Source: Bdellovibrionota bacterium (GTDB taxonomy: Bacteria; Bdellovibrionota; UBA1018; CAIPTA01; JAALKR01). Taken from it: DNA of 64,000 bases. A program made the translations under genes and the position numbers. Positions 32,590 through 44,309 of this stretch are shown here, piece by piece. The notes under the pieces are model-generated. The model was given only the letters and a program-made list of their open reading frames with translations, had not been told where the DNA came from and ran no database searches. The stretch is taken from positions 864,001 to 928,000 of the forward strand of contig CBDBMJ010000001.1 of the NCBI GenBank assembly GCA_965207455.1, written 5' to 3'. Within the stretch, counting starts at the first letter, position 1; each line of letters begins with the position of its first letter.

Positions 32590-33462
32590 CTAAGCTATAA
32601 CTGAAGCTAACTTTGCACCCATTTCTGCAGGACTTTTGCAAACAACCACCCCTGCAGATTCTAGGGCATCTATTTTAGCTGCTGCTGTACCCTTACCCCC
32701 TGAAATAATAGCTCCCGCATGACCCATACGTTTACCCTTAGGAGCTGTTGTGCCCGCAATAAACGCAACCACAGGTTTTTTAAATTCATGTCGAATATAT
32801 TCAGCTGCTTCTTCCTCCGCAGAACCTCCAATCTCACCAATCATAATAACCGCATCTGTGTTGGCATCTTGATTGTACGCTGTTAGTACATCAATAAAGC
32901 TGGTGCCATTAATGGGATCTCCACCAATACCCACACAAGTACTCTGACCAATTCCTCGCTGAGTAAGTTGAAAAACAGCCTCATAAGTGAGAGTTCCTGA
33001 ACGGGAAAGCACCCCAACCCTTCCAGGCTTATGAATATGCCCCGGCATAATTCCAATTTTACATTCACCAGGAGTAATAATCCCTGGACAGTTGGGACCA
33101 ATCAATCGAGTGCTAGAATTTTTTAAATAATGATTCAATCGCAACATATCCAATACAGGAATCCCCTCAGTAATGGCCACAACTAAATCTAGACCAGCGT
33201 CAATGGACTCTTTTATGGCACTTCTAGCAAAACGGGGAGGAACAAATATTGCAGAAACGGTGGCATTTGTATGCTCTTTTGCCTCTTGAACTGAATCAAA
33301 AATAGGAACCCTATTCATAAATTTCGTTCCACCCTTGCCCGGAGTTACTCCTGCCACCACCTGCGAACCATAAGCTAAGCATTGCTCCCCATGGAAGCTA
33401 CCATGCTTGCCCGTAATCCCCTGGACCATAATCTTTGTATCTTTATTCACAAAAATAGACAT
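32590..33462 (-). CDS. sucD: Succinyl-CoA synthetase alpha subunit
   Basis: [27 protein letters not shown]. Confidence 0.97.
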   Translation of the reverse strand: MSIFVNKDTKIMVQGITGKHGSFHGEQCLAYGSQVVAGVTPGKGGTKFMNRVPIFDSVQEAKEHTNATVSAIFVPPRFARSAIKESIDAGLDLVVAITEGIPVLDMLRLNHYLKNSSTRLIGPNCPGIITPGECKIGIMPGHIHKPGRVGVLSRSGTLTYEAVFQLTQRGIGQSTCVGIGGDPINGTSFIDVLTAYNQDANTDAVIMIGEIGGSAEEEAAEYIRHEFKKPVVAFIAGTTAPKGKRMGHAGAIISGGKGTAAAKIDALESAGVVVCKSPAEMGAKLASVIA

Positions 33463-33466
33463 TTGC

Positions 33467-34647
33467 TTATTTCCCCTGCACCGCTTGTGTGACTTTTTTT
33501 CCCGCTTCCTCTAAAGAGTTTGCCGTAAGAATGGGCAAGCCAGAATTTTCCAACAAGTTTTTCCCCATCTCCACATTCGTACCCTCTAAGCGCACAACCA
33601 AAGGAACCTTGAGACTGGTTTCTTTCACAGCCTGAATAATTCCTTCCGCTATCACATCACATTTCATAATGCCACCAAAAATATTTACAAGAATAGATTT
33701 TACTTTAGAATCAGAAGTAATAATTTTAAAAGCAGCACTTACATTTTCTTTCGTAGCACCACCACCCACATCTAAAAAGTTTGCTGGCTCACTTCCATAA
33801 AATTTTATAATATCCATGGTGGCCATTGCTAAACCTGCACCATTGACCATACAACCCACATCTCCATCGAGAGAAATATAGGAAAGACCAAATTTGCTGG
33901 CTTCCAGTTCCGCAGAGTCTTCTTCTTTTGTATCCCTTAGGGCGAGGATGTCTTCGTGTCGCATAAGAGCGTTATCGTCGAAATTTACTTTCGCATCGAG
34001 AGCCAATAGGTGATTGTCCTTTGTAATAATCAAAGGATTAATCTCCACAAGAGTGCAATCTTTCTCCTGAAAAAGGGCAAGGAGCTTCTTTGCCATGTCT
34101 TCCAATTCCTTCTCAAGAGACGACGGAATATGGAGAGCTTGAGCAAGCTCTTTCGCTTGAGAAAATTCAAAGACCTGTGAAGATGGAGCCATGGAGATTG
34201 AGATAATTTTTTCCGGTGTCTTTGCCGATACCTCTTCTATATCCATGCCACCCTCTGTGCTCCCTAAAAAAGTAATCGTTTCCTTGGCTCTATCCACCAA
34301 AACAGCTAAATACAATTCTTTTGCAATGGCACTAGCCTCTTCAATTAAAACTTTTTCTACTAGCTTTCCCTCACTGCCTGTTTGGGGAGTCACTAAACGC
34401 ATGGAAATAATTTTTTTAGCTGCTCCTTCCACTTGGTCCAAGGATTCGACCAACTGTATTCCACCACCCTTGCCCCGTCCTCCTGCATGTACCTGAGCCT
34501 TTACTACCCATTTTTTTGCACCCGTTTCTTGGGAAATTTCTTCTGCCCTATCTCTTGCCTCTTGGGGCGTATACGCCACCTTTCCCAATGGCGTTGGTAT
34601 TCCATAGGAACGGAATAAATCTTTCGCCTGGTACTCATGAATATTCA

Positions 34648-34648
<1 letters not shown>
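33467..34648 (-). CDS. sucC: Succinyl-CoA synthetase beta subunit
   Basis: [43 protein letters not shown]. Confidence 0.97.
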
Positions 34649-35636
<988 letters not shown>

Positions 35637-35642
35637 CTAGAA

Positions 35643-36866
35643 TTATATAATTTTTGCGCGCAAAGCCAACTCCAATTCTTGGAGAAACTCCTCTGTAGTC
35701 AAATAATGCTCTGCTTTTAAATCCTTACCATGAATACATAGGGCCAAATCTTTGGTCATTTTACCGGACTCCACTGTTTCCACACACACTTTTTCCAGTT
35801 TTTCAGCAAAGTCTATTAAAGGCTTGTTGCTATCCAGGCCCCCTCGAAAGGCAAGCCCCCGGGTCCAAGCAAAAATAGAGGCTATCGGGTTGGTAGAGGT
35901 TTTCTTCCCTTGCTGGTGCTGTCGGTAGTGACGAGTAACCGTCCCATGGGCAGCCTCTGCTTCCATGGTTTTCCCGTCGGGAGTGACTAGGGTGGAAGTC
36001 ATCAGACCCAAAGAACCAAATCCTTGAGCAACGGTGTCTGACTGCACATCTCCGTCGTAATTTTTACAAGCCCACACAAAAGCGCCACTCCATTTCAGTG
36101 CGGCAGCCACCATATCATCGATCAAGCGATGCTCATAAGTAATATTCTTTTTCTCAAAATCACTTTGGTATTCCTTTTCAAAAACTTCCTGAAAAATATC
36201 TTTAAACCGACCGTCGTATTTTTTCAAAATAGTATTTTTCGTCGATAAATATAGGGGCCAGCCCTTGAGCAATGCCATCTGAAAACAGCTCTTAGCAAAG
36301 CCCTGAATGGACTCGTCCGTATTATACATGGCAAGGGCAACACCGTCTCCAGAGAATTCGTGGACCGTATGCTGTTGAGGCTCACCCACCTCTGGCGTAT
36401 AGGTGATTGTAAGAGTGCCTTTTCCTTTTGTGACAAAATCCGTAGCCCGGTATTGATCACCAAAAGCATGACGACCAATACAAATGGGTTGGGTCCAATT
36501 GGACACAAGACGGGGGACATTCTTACAAAGAATGGGTTCTCGAAATACGGTGCCTCCCAGAATATTTCGTATAGTTCCATTGGGAGATCGGTACATCTTG
36601 CGTAAGTGAAACTCCTCTACGCGATCCTCATCGGGAGTAATCGTAGCGCATTTAATTCCGACTCCTGTCTCTCGAATGGCATGGGCCGCATCTATGGTCA
36701 CCTGATCGTCGGTATCATTGCGACGCTCCATTCCCAGGTCAAAATACTTAATGGGAAGATCCAAATAGGGCAGAATTAGCTTTTCTTTGATAAAATGCCA
36801 AATAATGCGAGTCATTTCGTCCCCATCAAGCTCCACAACAGGATTCTTTACAATAATTTTGTCCAT
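35643..36866 (-). CDS. icd: NADP-dependent isocitrate dehydrogenase (eukaryote-like type II)
   Basis: [50 protein letters not shown]. Confidence 0.97.
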   Translation of the reverse strand: MDKIIVKNPVVELDGDEMTRIIWHFIKEKLILPYLDLPIKYFDLGMERRNDTDDQVTIDAAHAIRETGVGIKCATITPDEDRVEEFHLRKMYRSPNGTIRNILGGTVFREPILCKNVPRLVSNWTQPICIGRHAFGDQYRATDFVTKGKGTLTITYTPEVGEPQQHTVHEFSGDGVALAMYNTDESIQGFAKSCFQMALLKGWPLYLSTKNTILKKYDGRFKDIFQEVFEKEYQSDFEKKNITYEHRLIDDMVAAALKWSGAFVWACKNYDGDVQSDTVAQGFGSLGLMTSTLVTPDGKTMEAEAAHGTVTRHYRQHQQGKKTSTNPIASIFAWTRGLAFRGGLDSNKPLIDFAEKLEKVCVETVESGKMTKDLALCIHGKDLKAEHYLTTEEFLQELELALRAKII

Positions 36867-36931
36867 AGGTTTCCTCTTTATTTCTTTATTATACTCTTGG
36901 AATTTTAAAACTATACTATATGATCTTCAGT

Positions 36932-37333
36932 ATGAAGCAAGGACTTGTAGTATTTTTTTCCATCTTTTTCCTCCACGGCTGTGCTGCAATATCTGCGTTT
37001 AAGGACGCGCCCGAGCAAGTAAAAGAGTTGGAAAATCTAGGAACCCGTCAAGCGAGCACCATAGAAGAGAAAATGATCGACAAGTGCTTATACCATTTAT
37101 TCAAACGACAACAATACCACTATGAAAAATTTGGTCTCTACCTAAGCAATATTAAACGCTTAAAAACGAAAGATGTATGCGATGAATCCATCCAGCTTAG
37201 CCTACAAAAAAATAATAAGGGCTACCTTGCCATTGCAAAAATTAAAACTAAAGATGCAACAGTAAAGTGGTCACTTAGGGATAATGGAGAAGTGGTGGAG
37301 CATGACGACTTTTCATTCGACTTGAGTTTTTAA
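36932..37333 (+). CDS. Hypothetical lipoprotein, possibly with a pilin-like globular domain
   Basis: MKQGLVVFFSIFFLHGC lipobox; divergent from icd; alternative start 36920. Confidence 0.7.
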   Translation: MKQGLVVFFSIFFLHGCAAISAFKDAPEQVKELENLGTRQASTIEEKMIDKCLYHLFKRQQYHYEKFGLYLSNIKRLKTKDVCDESIQLSLQKNNKGYLAIAKIKTKDATVKWSLRDNGEVVEHDDFSFDLSF

Positions 37334-37336
37334 AGC

Positions 37337-39055
37337 TTATTCCGTATCTGTGAGTTCTTGGACAAGTGCACTAACCAGCACATCATCCTTTTGCCCAGGA
37401 AGTGGTCCATAAATCCTCTCGTACCAATAATTATTACGAAGGACGGATACCACGTAGTCCCGGGTTTCCATGAATGGAATGGTGTCATTCCATCTTAAAA
37501 TATTTTCTCTCTTAGGATAGTTCCTAAGCCATTGACGAACTCGTCGAGGCCCAGCATTATAAGCAGCCAACACCAACTCCACATCTCCATCAAAAGAGTT
37601 TCCTAGGCGTGTAAGGTATTTAATCCCCACCTGAGTATTGATTTTCACATTAAAAAGCCTTCTATGGCTATTGCGCTGTAAATACCTAGCCGTTGGTGGA
37701 AGAATTTGCATGAGTCCCCTAGCATTACTGGAAGATACAGCCCTATGATCAAAGGCACTTTCTTGACGAATTAAACTCATCACTAAGTTTGGATCAATCT
37801 TTCCTCTAGCAGCGGAATATATATTTTCAAAATAGGGCCTTGGATATAGAGAAAGTAAAACATTTTGACTAATTTTTTGAGGATACCTGCGATAGTAACG
37901 TGCAAGAAATAAAATATTAGAACGATAATAGCCGTTACTTAAATAAAGTTTAGATAAATAAAATACCACATTTTCTTCTAAATTTTTCACATCACTGGAA
38001 ATCCAATCTGTCCAACGGGAAACTTCTTTCCGTCTTCCTGCAAAGGCAAGTGCTTCTAACCAGTTAAACCGTAAATTTAAATCGGAGCGATTTTTACTTT
38101 TTCGCCATAATGGAATTTTTCCCCCAACAGGAATCTTATCCATGGGATCCATTCCCCATTCCTTTTGTACAGAAATTGTATAGTAACTAAGTGGGTATTC
38201 CTTTAATAATTGCTGCCAAAAATAATTGTCTTCTTTTTTTACTTTTTTCTTCTGCTGGAACCAACCGGACCAGTATAAACTTCTGTAACGCTCCCTTGTA
38301 ACTCTTCCCTCCATGGACTGGAGAATCCAAGACCTTGCTTTTTCCATTTCTCCACTCTCAAAAGCGATCATTCCATATTTCAAGTGCGCCTTCTCCCAGA
38401 AAAATCCTTTTCTATTCATACAGGGTTTTGCATGGCTAAAAAGTTTCAAAGCTGTTTTCTTTATATCTTTTTTAGAAAAATACTTTTCTGCACGCATGGC
38501 AAGCCCAAGAGAGACATTACGAGGACAGGAATTCAACTTCAATGATCTTCGAGCCAGCTTCTCAAATTCTCTGCTAGAACGAATACGTAACCCTAGAAAA
38601 ACACGCTCTGGACTTAAAGCCTTCTGCGCCCAAGTAACAGATCGGGAAGTCAAACGAAATCTCCTTCTAATCTTACGCTTACGAATTCTCTGTTTTCTTT
38701 TTAAACTATCTCTCTTTTCCTGCACCTGATAAAATTCCGTAAATACAGCACAATGGGGTTTATTTTTCTCAGATGCACAAAGTTCAGTATAGTAAGAACT
38801 ACGCTTTCCATACCTCATAGCTTTAGCAAAATTTTTCACAAAACCTTGTACCTCTTCACGGTCGATGTTTAAATCTTTGGATAACTGGTCCCAAGAAATG
38901 GGTTCAACAAAGACTTCATTTTCAAGAATCTTGCTGCTTAGTCTTCTATCTACAGGTAAAAAAGAACAGGAGGAAACACCACAGCCCATAAAACTTATAG
39001 CCAATATGGAACACAGGTATAGTTTGATTTTACAATGAATTTTTTCTATCTCCAT
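37337..39055 (-). CDS. Soluble lytic transglycosylase (Slt-like), probable lipoprotein
   Basis: IRQESAF (catalytic Glu), ARGLMQI, AAYNAGP, IPFMETRDYV; helical N-terminal region; lipobox-like SFMGC. Confidence 0.92.
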   Translation of the reverse strand: MEIEKIHCKIKLYLCSILAISFMGCGVSSCSFLPVDRRLSSKILENEVFVEPISWDQLSKDLNIDREEVQGFVKNFAKAMRYGKRSSYYTELCASEKNKPHCAVFTEFYQVQEKRDSLKRKQRIRKRKIRRRFRLTSRSVTWAQKALSPERVFLGLRIRSSREFEKLARRSLKLNSCPRNVSLGLAMRAEKYFSKKDIKKTALKLFSHAKPCMNRKGFFWEKAHLKYGMIAFESGEMEKARSWILQSMEGRVTRERYRSLYWSGWFQQKKKVKKEDNYFWQQLLKEYPLSYYTISVQKEWGMDPMDKIPVGGKIPLWRKSKNRSDLNLRFNWLEALAFAGRRKEVSRWTDWISSDVKNLEENVVFYLSKLYLSNGYYRSNILFLARYYRRYPQKISQNVLLSLYPRPYFENIYSAARGKIDPNLVMSLIRQESAFDHRAVSSSNARGLMQILPPTARYLQRNSHRRLFNVKINTQVGIKYLTRLGNSFDGDVELVLAAYNAGPRRVRQWLRNYPKRENILRWNDTIPFMETRDYVVSVLRNNYWYERIYGPLPGQKDDVLVSALVQELTDTE

Positions 39056-39321
39056 TCATACAAATAGAATAACAAAAAATGCAACAATTTAAACGTGTAA
39101 ATCAACTACTGGAAAAATATTTAATCCATACCTTTTATAAAAGCTCAAATAGACCATAAGAACTGAGGATTTTTTAATGAAATTTCAAGTTTGATAGAAG
39201 ATTAAGAAAAAGAACGCGATCGGTCAACACGGAAGAGTGATTTCAAGGAATTTTGAATATTTTTAGTGTATCCTAAAGGGAGTTCTATAAAATATAAGAC
39301 TGATACTCTAGGATTGAAACT

Positions 39322-41920
39322 ATGAAATATTTTTTCATTATTACTCTTATTTTTATGAGCAGCAAATCTTTTGCTGTTGACGAACCTAGAAAAGAATTTC
39401 ATCTTTGTTATTTTTCCCTAAACAATGAAAAAGAATTCAAGGTTATGAAAAAATTTTCTACAAAACTGAATAAATTATCCACCACAAAAATAAATATTAC
39501 TGAGTACCAAACAAAAGGTTCTGCACCTAATAAATCATTCAAGGAAATGATAGAATCGGGTGCAGAATGTGACGGGCTTGTGATATCGGGTCATCATACG
39601 GGGGCTTTTGGTGGGAAAAGGGCAAGTGGCTCTCTTGGTATTGACTACTTAGAAAAGCTATCTTGTAATCCTAAATATAAAAAATTCTTTGAAAATATCA
39701 ATGCATTATGGCTACAGGGATGCCGAACGTTAGGAGGGAAAATCTCTCCTGATACCTATCAAGACACAGCAGACTATCACACCAATCGTGTGGGAAATGT
39801 TTTAGAAGAAGATCATCTTAATCAAAGTTTTGCAGAATTAAATATGGAATTTAGTGCCACTCTAGATCAGGATAACCCTCTGTCTTCAAGATATTTAAGA
39901 GTTTTTCCGGGAGCTACTATTTTTGGTTGGACGGCAAGTGCCCCAGGTAAAAATGCTCAAAGTCAATTTAGTATTCCTTTTCATATGGCTCATATGAGTC
40001 GCCTTATAAATAAAGACAGTTTTGAGGATCCAAGGGAAGAGATGAGCGCTGTTGCAGTTGCAACTTCCGCAAATACGCTTTCACTGCTATTAACAAACAA
40101 AGCTGAATTATCACCCTGTGCTGCCGAATTCACAGAGAATTTAGGAATAGACGGATGGCTTTACCATGGCCAAGCAAAAACTAGCCCTCAAGGATCTCTG
40201 CCTTTTTCTTTTGCAAATCCAGATTTACAAGCTCATTCTTCCATTGCTACAAACATTAAAGAAAATAAAACCTTATTTCGAGCACAAAAATTAAATTGTG
40301 ATTTAAAAGAATCCACTAAACTTTCTGAAATATCTACAACATTAGATGAAATATTAAATAATGATAGTCTTTTACACTATAACTTTAATTCTATTATTGA
40401 ACTTATTCATCGATTTAAAGGAAAAGAGAATAATGAAGAAATAAATTTCATTCGAGAAAAACTGAAAAATTCTAAAAATTTCAATTCTTTTTTAAAAAGA
40501 AAACTTGAGGACAAAAGAGTCGGTATTATTCGGAAAATAGATTATTATGCTGTTTATCGAGAGTTTAATGAAAATAGTGCTGCGAAAGAAAAAAATACAA
40601 AAGCCTTAAAAAAACAGGTTTTAAAAATTTTAACAACTCCAATCGAGCCCTTTGATTATAATCAAAGAGATTTTGCAGAAACTCTCCTCCAGTCTTTAGC
40701 TAAGCATAAAATTTTAAATTTATCGGATTATAAAGTATTAATAAAGAAAGTGAAAAACAAAAATTTATTTGAAATCATTATTGATTATTCTCTAGAATTA
40801 AAAATATCTGAGGGAGAAAGAATTGAATTACTGAATTCTCTTTTAAATTTCTCTGATATAAGCAGCAGCTCTCTATTAAATATAACTAATGCATTTTTTA
40901 AATTAAAAACAGACTCTAAAAAACAAAAAAAAATAACTGAAAAAATAGTAAAACATGTGGAAAAAATATTCAATTCACCCGTAGTGGACGAAAATAGCTT
41001 AAATAATACAATGAAGATGCTTTCTAAATTAAAGATAAATTCTAAAAGACAAGAAAAAATAGTTGAAAAAATAATGGAAAATATAGAAAGGAAACTAAAT
41101 GAAACCATAATAGATACTTGGAGTTTGAAAAACATAACTGATGCGTTTTTTAAAATAAAAGTAGACTCTAAAAAACAAAAAGAAATAACTGAAAAAATAG
41201 TAAAACATATAGAAAGAGATTTAAATCATCAGATAAATTATTCTACACGTATCAGCTTTGATCTAAAAACAATAACTAATATACTTTCTAAATTAAAATT
41301 AAACCCTAAAAAACAAAAAGAAATAGTTGAGAAAATAGAAGAACACGCCGAAAATATTTTATCTGACCCCACGATTGGTACCGATAATACAATTAAGATA
41401 AACGAAATATTTTATCAGTTAAAAACTCGTCTTGAAAAACAGAAAGAACTAAATGAGAAAACAATAACAAAGTTCGAAAGCCTTTTACTTTTAAATGACC
41501 CTGCGATGACTACATATTATTTATTACATGCTTGATAGATTTCTTAAATTTAATATAATACATGAAAAAAGAGCGAAAATAATTGAAAAAATTATAAATC
41601 ATCGTCAAATGGATAGTCATTTTCTACTTTCAGCGGCCAATTATCTTGCTATTACTGAAGATAAAATAAGTAATTCCATAGATGGTATTGAAATGCAATT
41701 GATAGTATCTGATAATATCATACAATCTGAAAATTTGAATTCTAATATCTTAACAAAAATAATTGAAGCTCTTGATAATATTCCTAATAAGCTGAATGAA
41801 GAAATTAAAAGATTGCAGCAAAAAGGAGAGAAATTAAATCAAAGAGATGAAAAATTACGAAAGGAGATAAAAAGAATTTCAAAACTAGCCAAAGAGAAAG
41901 AAAGAGAACTTAGGCCGTGA
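39322..41920 (+). CDS. Secreted protein with putative His/Cys protease-like domain and 42-aa helical repeats, paralog A; frameshifted near 41528 (ORFs 39322..41535 and 41528..41920)
   Basis: Signal peptide; GLVISGHH...LWLQGCRT; repeats of type FxKLKxDSKKQKxIxEKI continue across the ORF junction; paralogous to 53436..55659. Confidence 0.8.
40860..41610 (+). repeat. Intragenic tandem repeat, ~126-nt (42-aa) unit, about 6 copies
   Basis: Equivalent positions at 40912, 41038 and 41164 (126-nt spacing), then 41302, 41428 and ~41558. Near-identical gactctaaaaaacaaaaa-aaataactgaaaaaatagtaaaacat at 40912 and 41164. Confidence 0.8.
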
Positions 41921-41935
41921 AGGTTCTAATTTTAT

Positions 41936-43081
41936 CTATGCAGAGTAAATTCTATCTACTAAGATTGGCAAGCGCTCAAGGAAAAGCTCAATTTCCTCTT
42001 GAGTATTTTCTGGACCTAAGCTCACCCGTATAAATGAACTGGCATCTTCCTTGCTATAGCCCATGGCTTCTAACACATGGGAAGGGCTTAGAGAACCAGA
42101 AGCACAAGCACTGCCCGTTGAAACAGCAAAACCCTCCAAGTCTAAACTCATCATTAGGGAATCCCCTCGAAGACCTTTAAAGAAAAGAGCGCTTGTGTTT
42201 ACCAGTCGATTCTTATCCCCACAAATGACGGAGGCTTTTTTTACCCTAGACAACACTCCCTCTTCCAGTCGATCTCGAAGGGAACGTATCTTCTCCAAAG
42301 AACAGGATCCTAACTGATGGGCTGCCTCTCCAAATCCAGAAATACCCATTACGTTTTGAGTACCTGCTCGTCGATTACGCTCCTGAGACGCACCATGAAT
42401 GAGGCTTTCCATTTTTATTCCTTTTCGTATAAACAAAGCTCCCACTCCCTTGGGTCCAGCAATTTTATGGGAGCTAAAACTAACGAAATCAGCTAAAGAC
42501 TCTTGAACGGAAAAAACCATTTTTCCAGGAGCCTGTACCCCATCTATATGAAATAAAGCACCATACTCTCGACAATACTCGCCCACCTGTCGATAGGGAA
42601 AAATCAAACCAGTCTCGTTATTAGCTGCCATAAGGCTCACCAAAGAAACATGGGATTTAGGAAAACTGCGCAATAGGCGAAGAACAGCTTCAGGATCGAT
42701 CTCTCCCTGTTTATTTACTTCCAAATAGTGAATATTGGCACCTAAGCTCGATAAAAATTCAGCCACATTTGTAGTAGCCTCGTGCTCCATTGGAGAAGTG
42801 ATCAGATGAAAAGAATGGTTACGAGAATGAAAATACACTCCCTTAAGAGCCATATTAATCGCCTCTGTGCCAGAGCCAGTAAATACTAATTCCTCTGGCC
42901 ACTGGACATGTAGCGCTTCTGAAAGCTGCTCACGAGCCGTATCTAAAACTAACTTAGCCTTGCGACCCGCCCAGTGCACACTGGACGGATTGCCAATAAC
43001 CTCTAAACAAGAGCGTAAATTTTCCTTAACACTAGAGCTCAGTACCGAGGTAGCATTATAATCAAAATATACTCTCCTCAA
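41936..43081 (-). CDS. Cysteine desulfurase (IscS/NifS-like, group I)
   Basis: YFDYNAT, FTGSGTE, ANNETG, SSHKIAGPKG (PLP Lys), STGSACASG (catalytic Cys). Confidence 0.93.
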   Translation of the reverse strand: MRRVYFDYNATSVLSSSVKENLRSCLEVIGNPSSVHWAGRKAKLVLDTAREQLSEALHVQWPEELVFTGSGTEAINMALKGVYFHSRNHSFHLITSPMEHEATTNVAEFLSSLGANIHYLEVNKQGEIDPEAVLRLLRSFPKSHVSLVSLMAANNETGLIFPYRQVGEYCREYGALFHIDGVQAPGKMVFSVQESLADFVSFSSHKIAGPKGVGALFIRKGIKMESLIHGASQERNRRAGTQNVMGISGFGEAAHQLGSCSLEKIRSLRDRLEEGVLSRVKKASVICGDKNRLVNTSALFFKGLRGDSLMMSLDLEGFAVSTGSACASGSLSPSHVLEAMGYSKEDASSFIRVSLGPENTQEEIELFLERLPILVDRIYSA

Positions 43082-43585
43082 TTAAATGTCCGGAGATTGA
43101 TCAACCGTAGTTTCTTCTGTGACTTCTGGAGTTGTAGTTTCCGGCATATCCAAAGCAGCTTCATCAAAAGCACCACGTGCTTTGCTGATCAAGTCCTTTA
43201 AAGTAGTTGTCTCCAAATACTCTTTCATTAAAGAAGCCAGGTTCTCAAAGTAGGTTTTTGTTAATACAAACTCAACCGTAGACTCTTTAATATTAGTAGA
43301 GCCCACAAGATCCCTTGCTGGGTTAATATTTTCTCCTACACTAAGCAATACGTCCTTTACGGCAATTTGATCTGTTGGACGAGCTAAAAGATAACCGCCC
43401 CCTGGACCACGAACACTTTTTACCAGCGTTCCTTTGCGTAAACGACGAAAAAGTTGCTCTAAATAATGTAGAGAAATTTCCTGCCTTTCACTAATTTCTT
43501 GTAACCGAACAGGTTTACCATCTGAGTGAAAACTCAAATCCAAAATTGCTCGCATTGCATACCTTCCTTTTGATGTCAGTCTCAT
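43082..43585 (-). CDS. Rrf2-family transcriptional regulator (IscR/CymR-like, no cysteines)
   Basis: MRLTSKGRYA, ISLHYLEQLF, SVRGPGGGY; directly upstream of a cysteine desulfurase. Confidence 0.92.
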   Translation of the reverse strand: MRLTSKGRYAMRAILDLSFHSDGKPVRLQEISERQEISLHYLEQLFRRLRKGTLVKSVRGPGGGYLLARPTDQIAVKDVLLSVGENINPARDLVGSTNIKESTVEFVLTKTYFENLASLMKEYLETTTLKDLISKARGAFDEAALDMPETTTPEVTEETTVDQSPDI

Positions 43586-43723
43586 ATTTTTTACCCCTTA
43601 TAATTAATAAACAATCCATGTTTTTTCCTAAATCAATGTATACCATAACACATTGAGTTCATCCACTATTAGCGCTGATCAACTACTCATTTTGTTGCAC
43701 AGCATCTATCCCTCACCCATACA

Positions 43724-43752
43724 CATATACCATTCCAATGTAAAAAAGTCAA
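43724..43752 (-). promoter_or_regulatory. Putative sigma70 promoter of the Rrf2-desulfurase operon
   Basis: Minus strand TTGACT (43752-43747), 17-nt spacer ending TGG, then TATATG. Confidence 0.35.
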
Positions 43753-43848
43753 CAAACAATAGCAAACCCTATAAAAAATAATAAATCCAGTATTTTCAGT
43801 CACTTATGGCTATATGGGGGAGTTTTTCTGAAAAAAATATTATCTCAA

Positions 43849-44286
43849 TTATTTCAAGACTTTAGCTGCCATGGAGCTAGGCAGCAGGCAGGAGCGCCCC
43901 TGGTCCCTATAGAATAGCTCTATGGATAGTGTTTTTTCCTTAAGATCTAAAATAATAGGCTTGGGAAGACAGGAAAACCACTCCACAATAAAGAGTTTTT
44001 CCTGGTAAAAAAACTCCAAACCCCCCAAATCGTCCAGTATAGACTCAGATTCCTCAGGGGAAATACGGTAAAAATCACAGTGAATTACGGCTAATTTTGG
44101 GGTCTCATACTCATGAACAAGGTTGTATGTGGGACTACGTACCTGCTGGGCATCCCCATTCAAACCCTTCACTATTCCACGGGTAAGGCAGGTTTTTCCC
44201 ACCCCTAAATCCCCTATTAATTGAAGGATCTTTCCCACCTCCATATACGGAGCCAGGGCCTCTCCCAAAGCAATGGTTTCCTCCAC
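43849..44286 (-). CDS. tsaE: tRNA threonylcarbamoyladenosine biosynthesis ATPase TsaE
   Basis: GDLGVGKT P-loop, SPTYNLVHEY, HCDFYR, IVEW; follows nnr. Confidence 0.92.
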   Translation of the reverse strand: MEETIALGEALAPYMEVGKILQLIGDLGVGKTCLTRGIVKGLNGDAQQVRSPTYNLVHEYETPKLAVIHCDFYRISPEESESILDDLGGLEFFYQEKLFIVEWFSCLPKPIILDLKEKTLSIELFYRDQGRSCLLPSSMAAKVLK

Positions 44287-44309
44287 ATTAGCGATTTGTT
44301 TTTCCCTAA

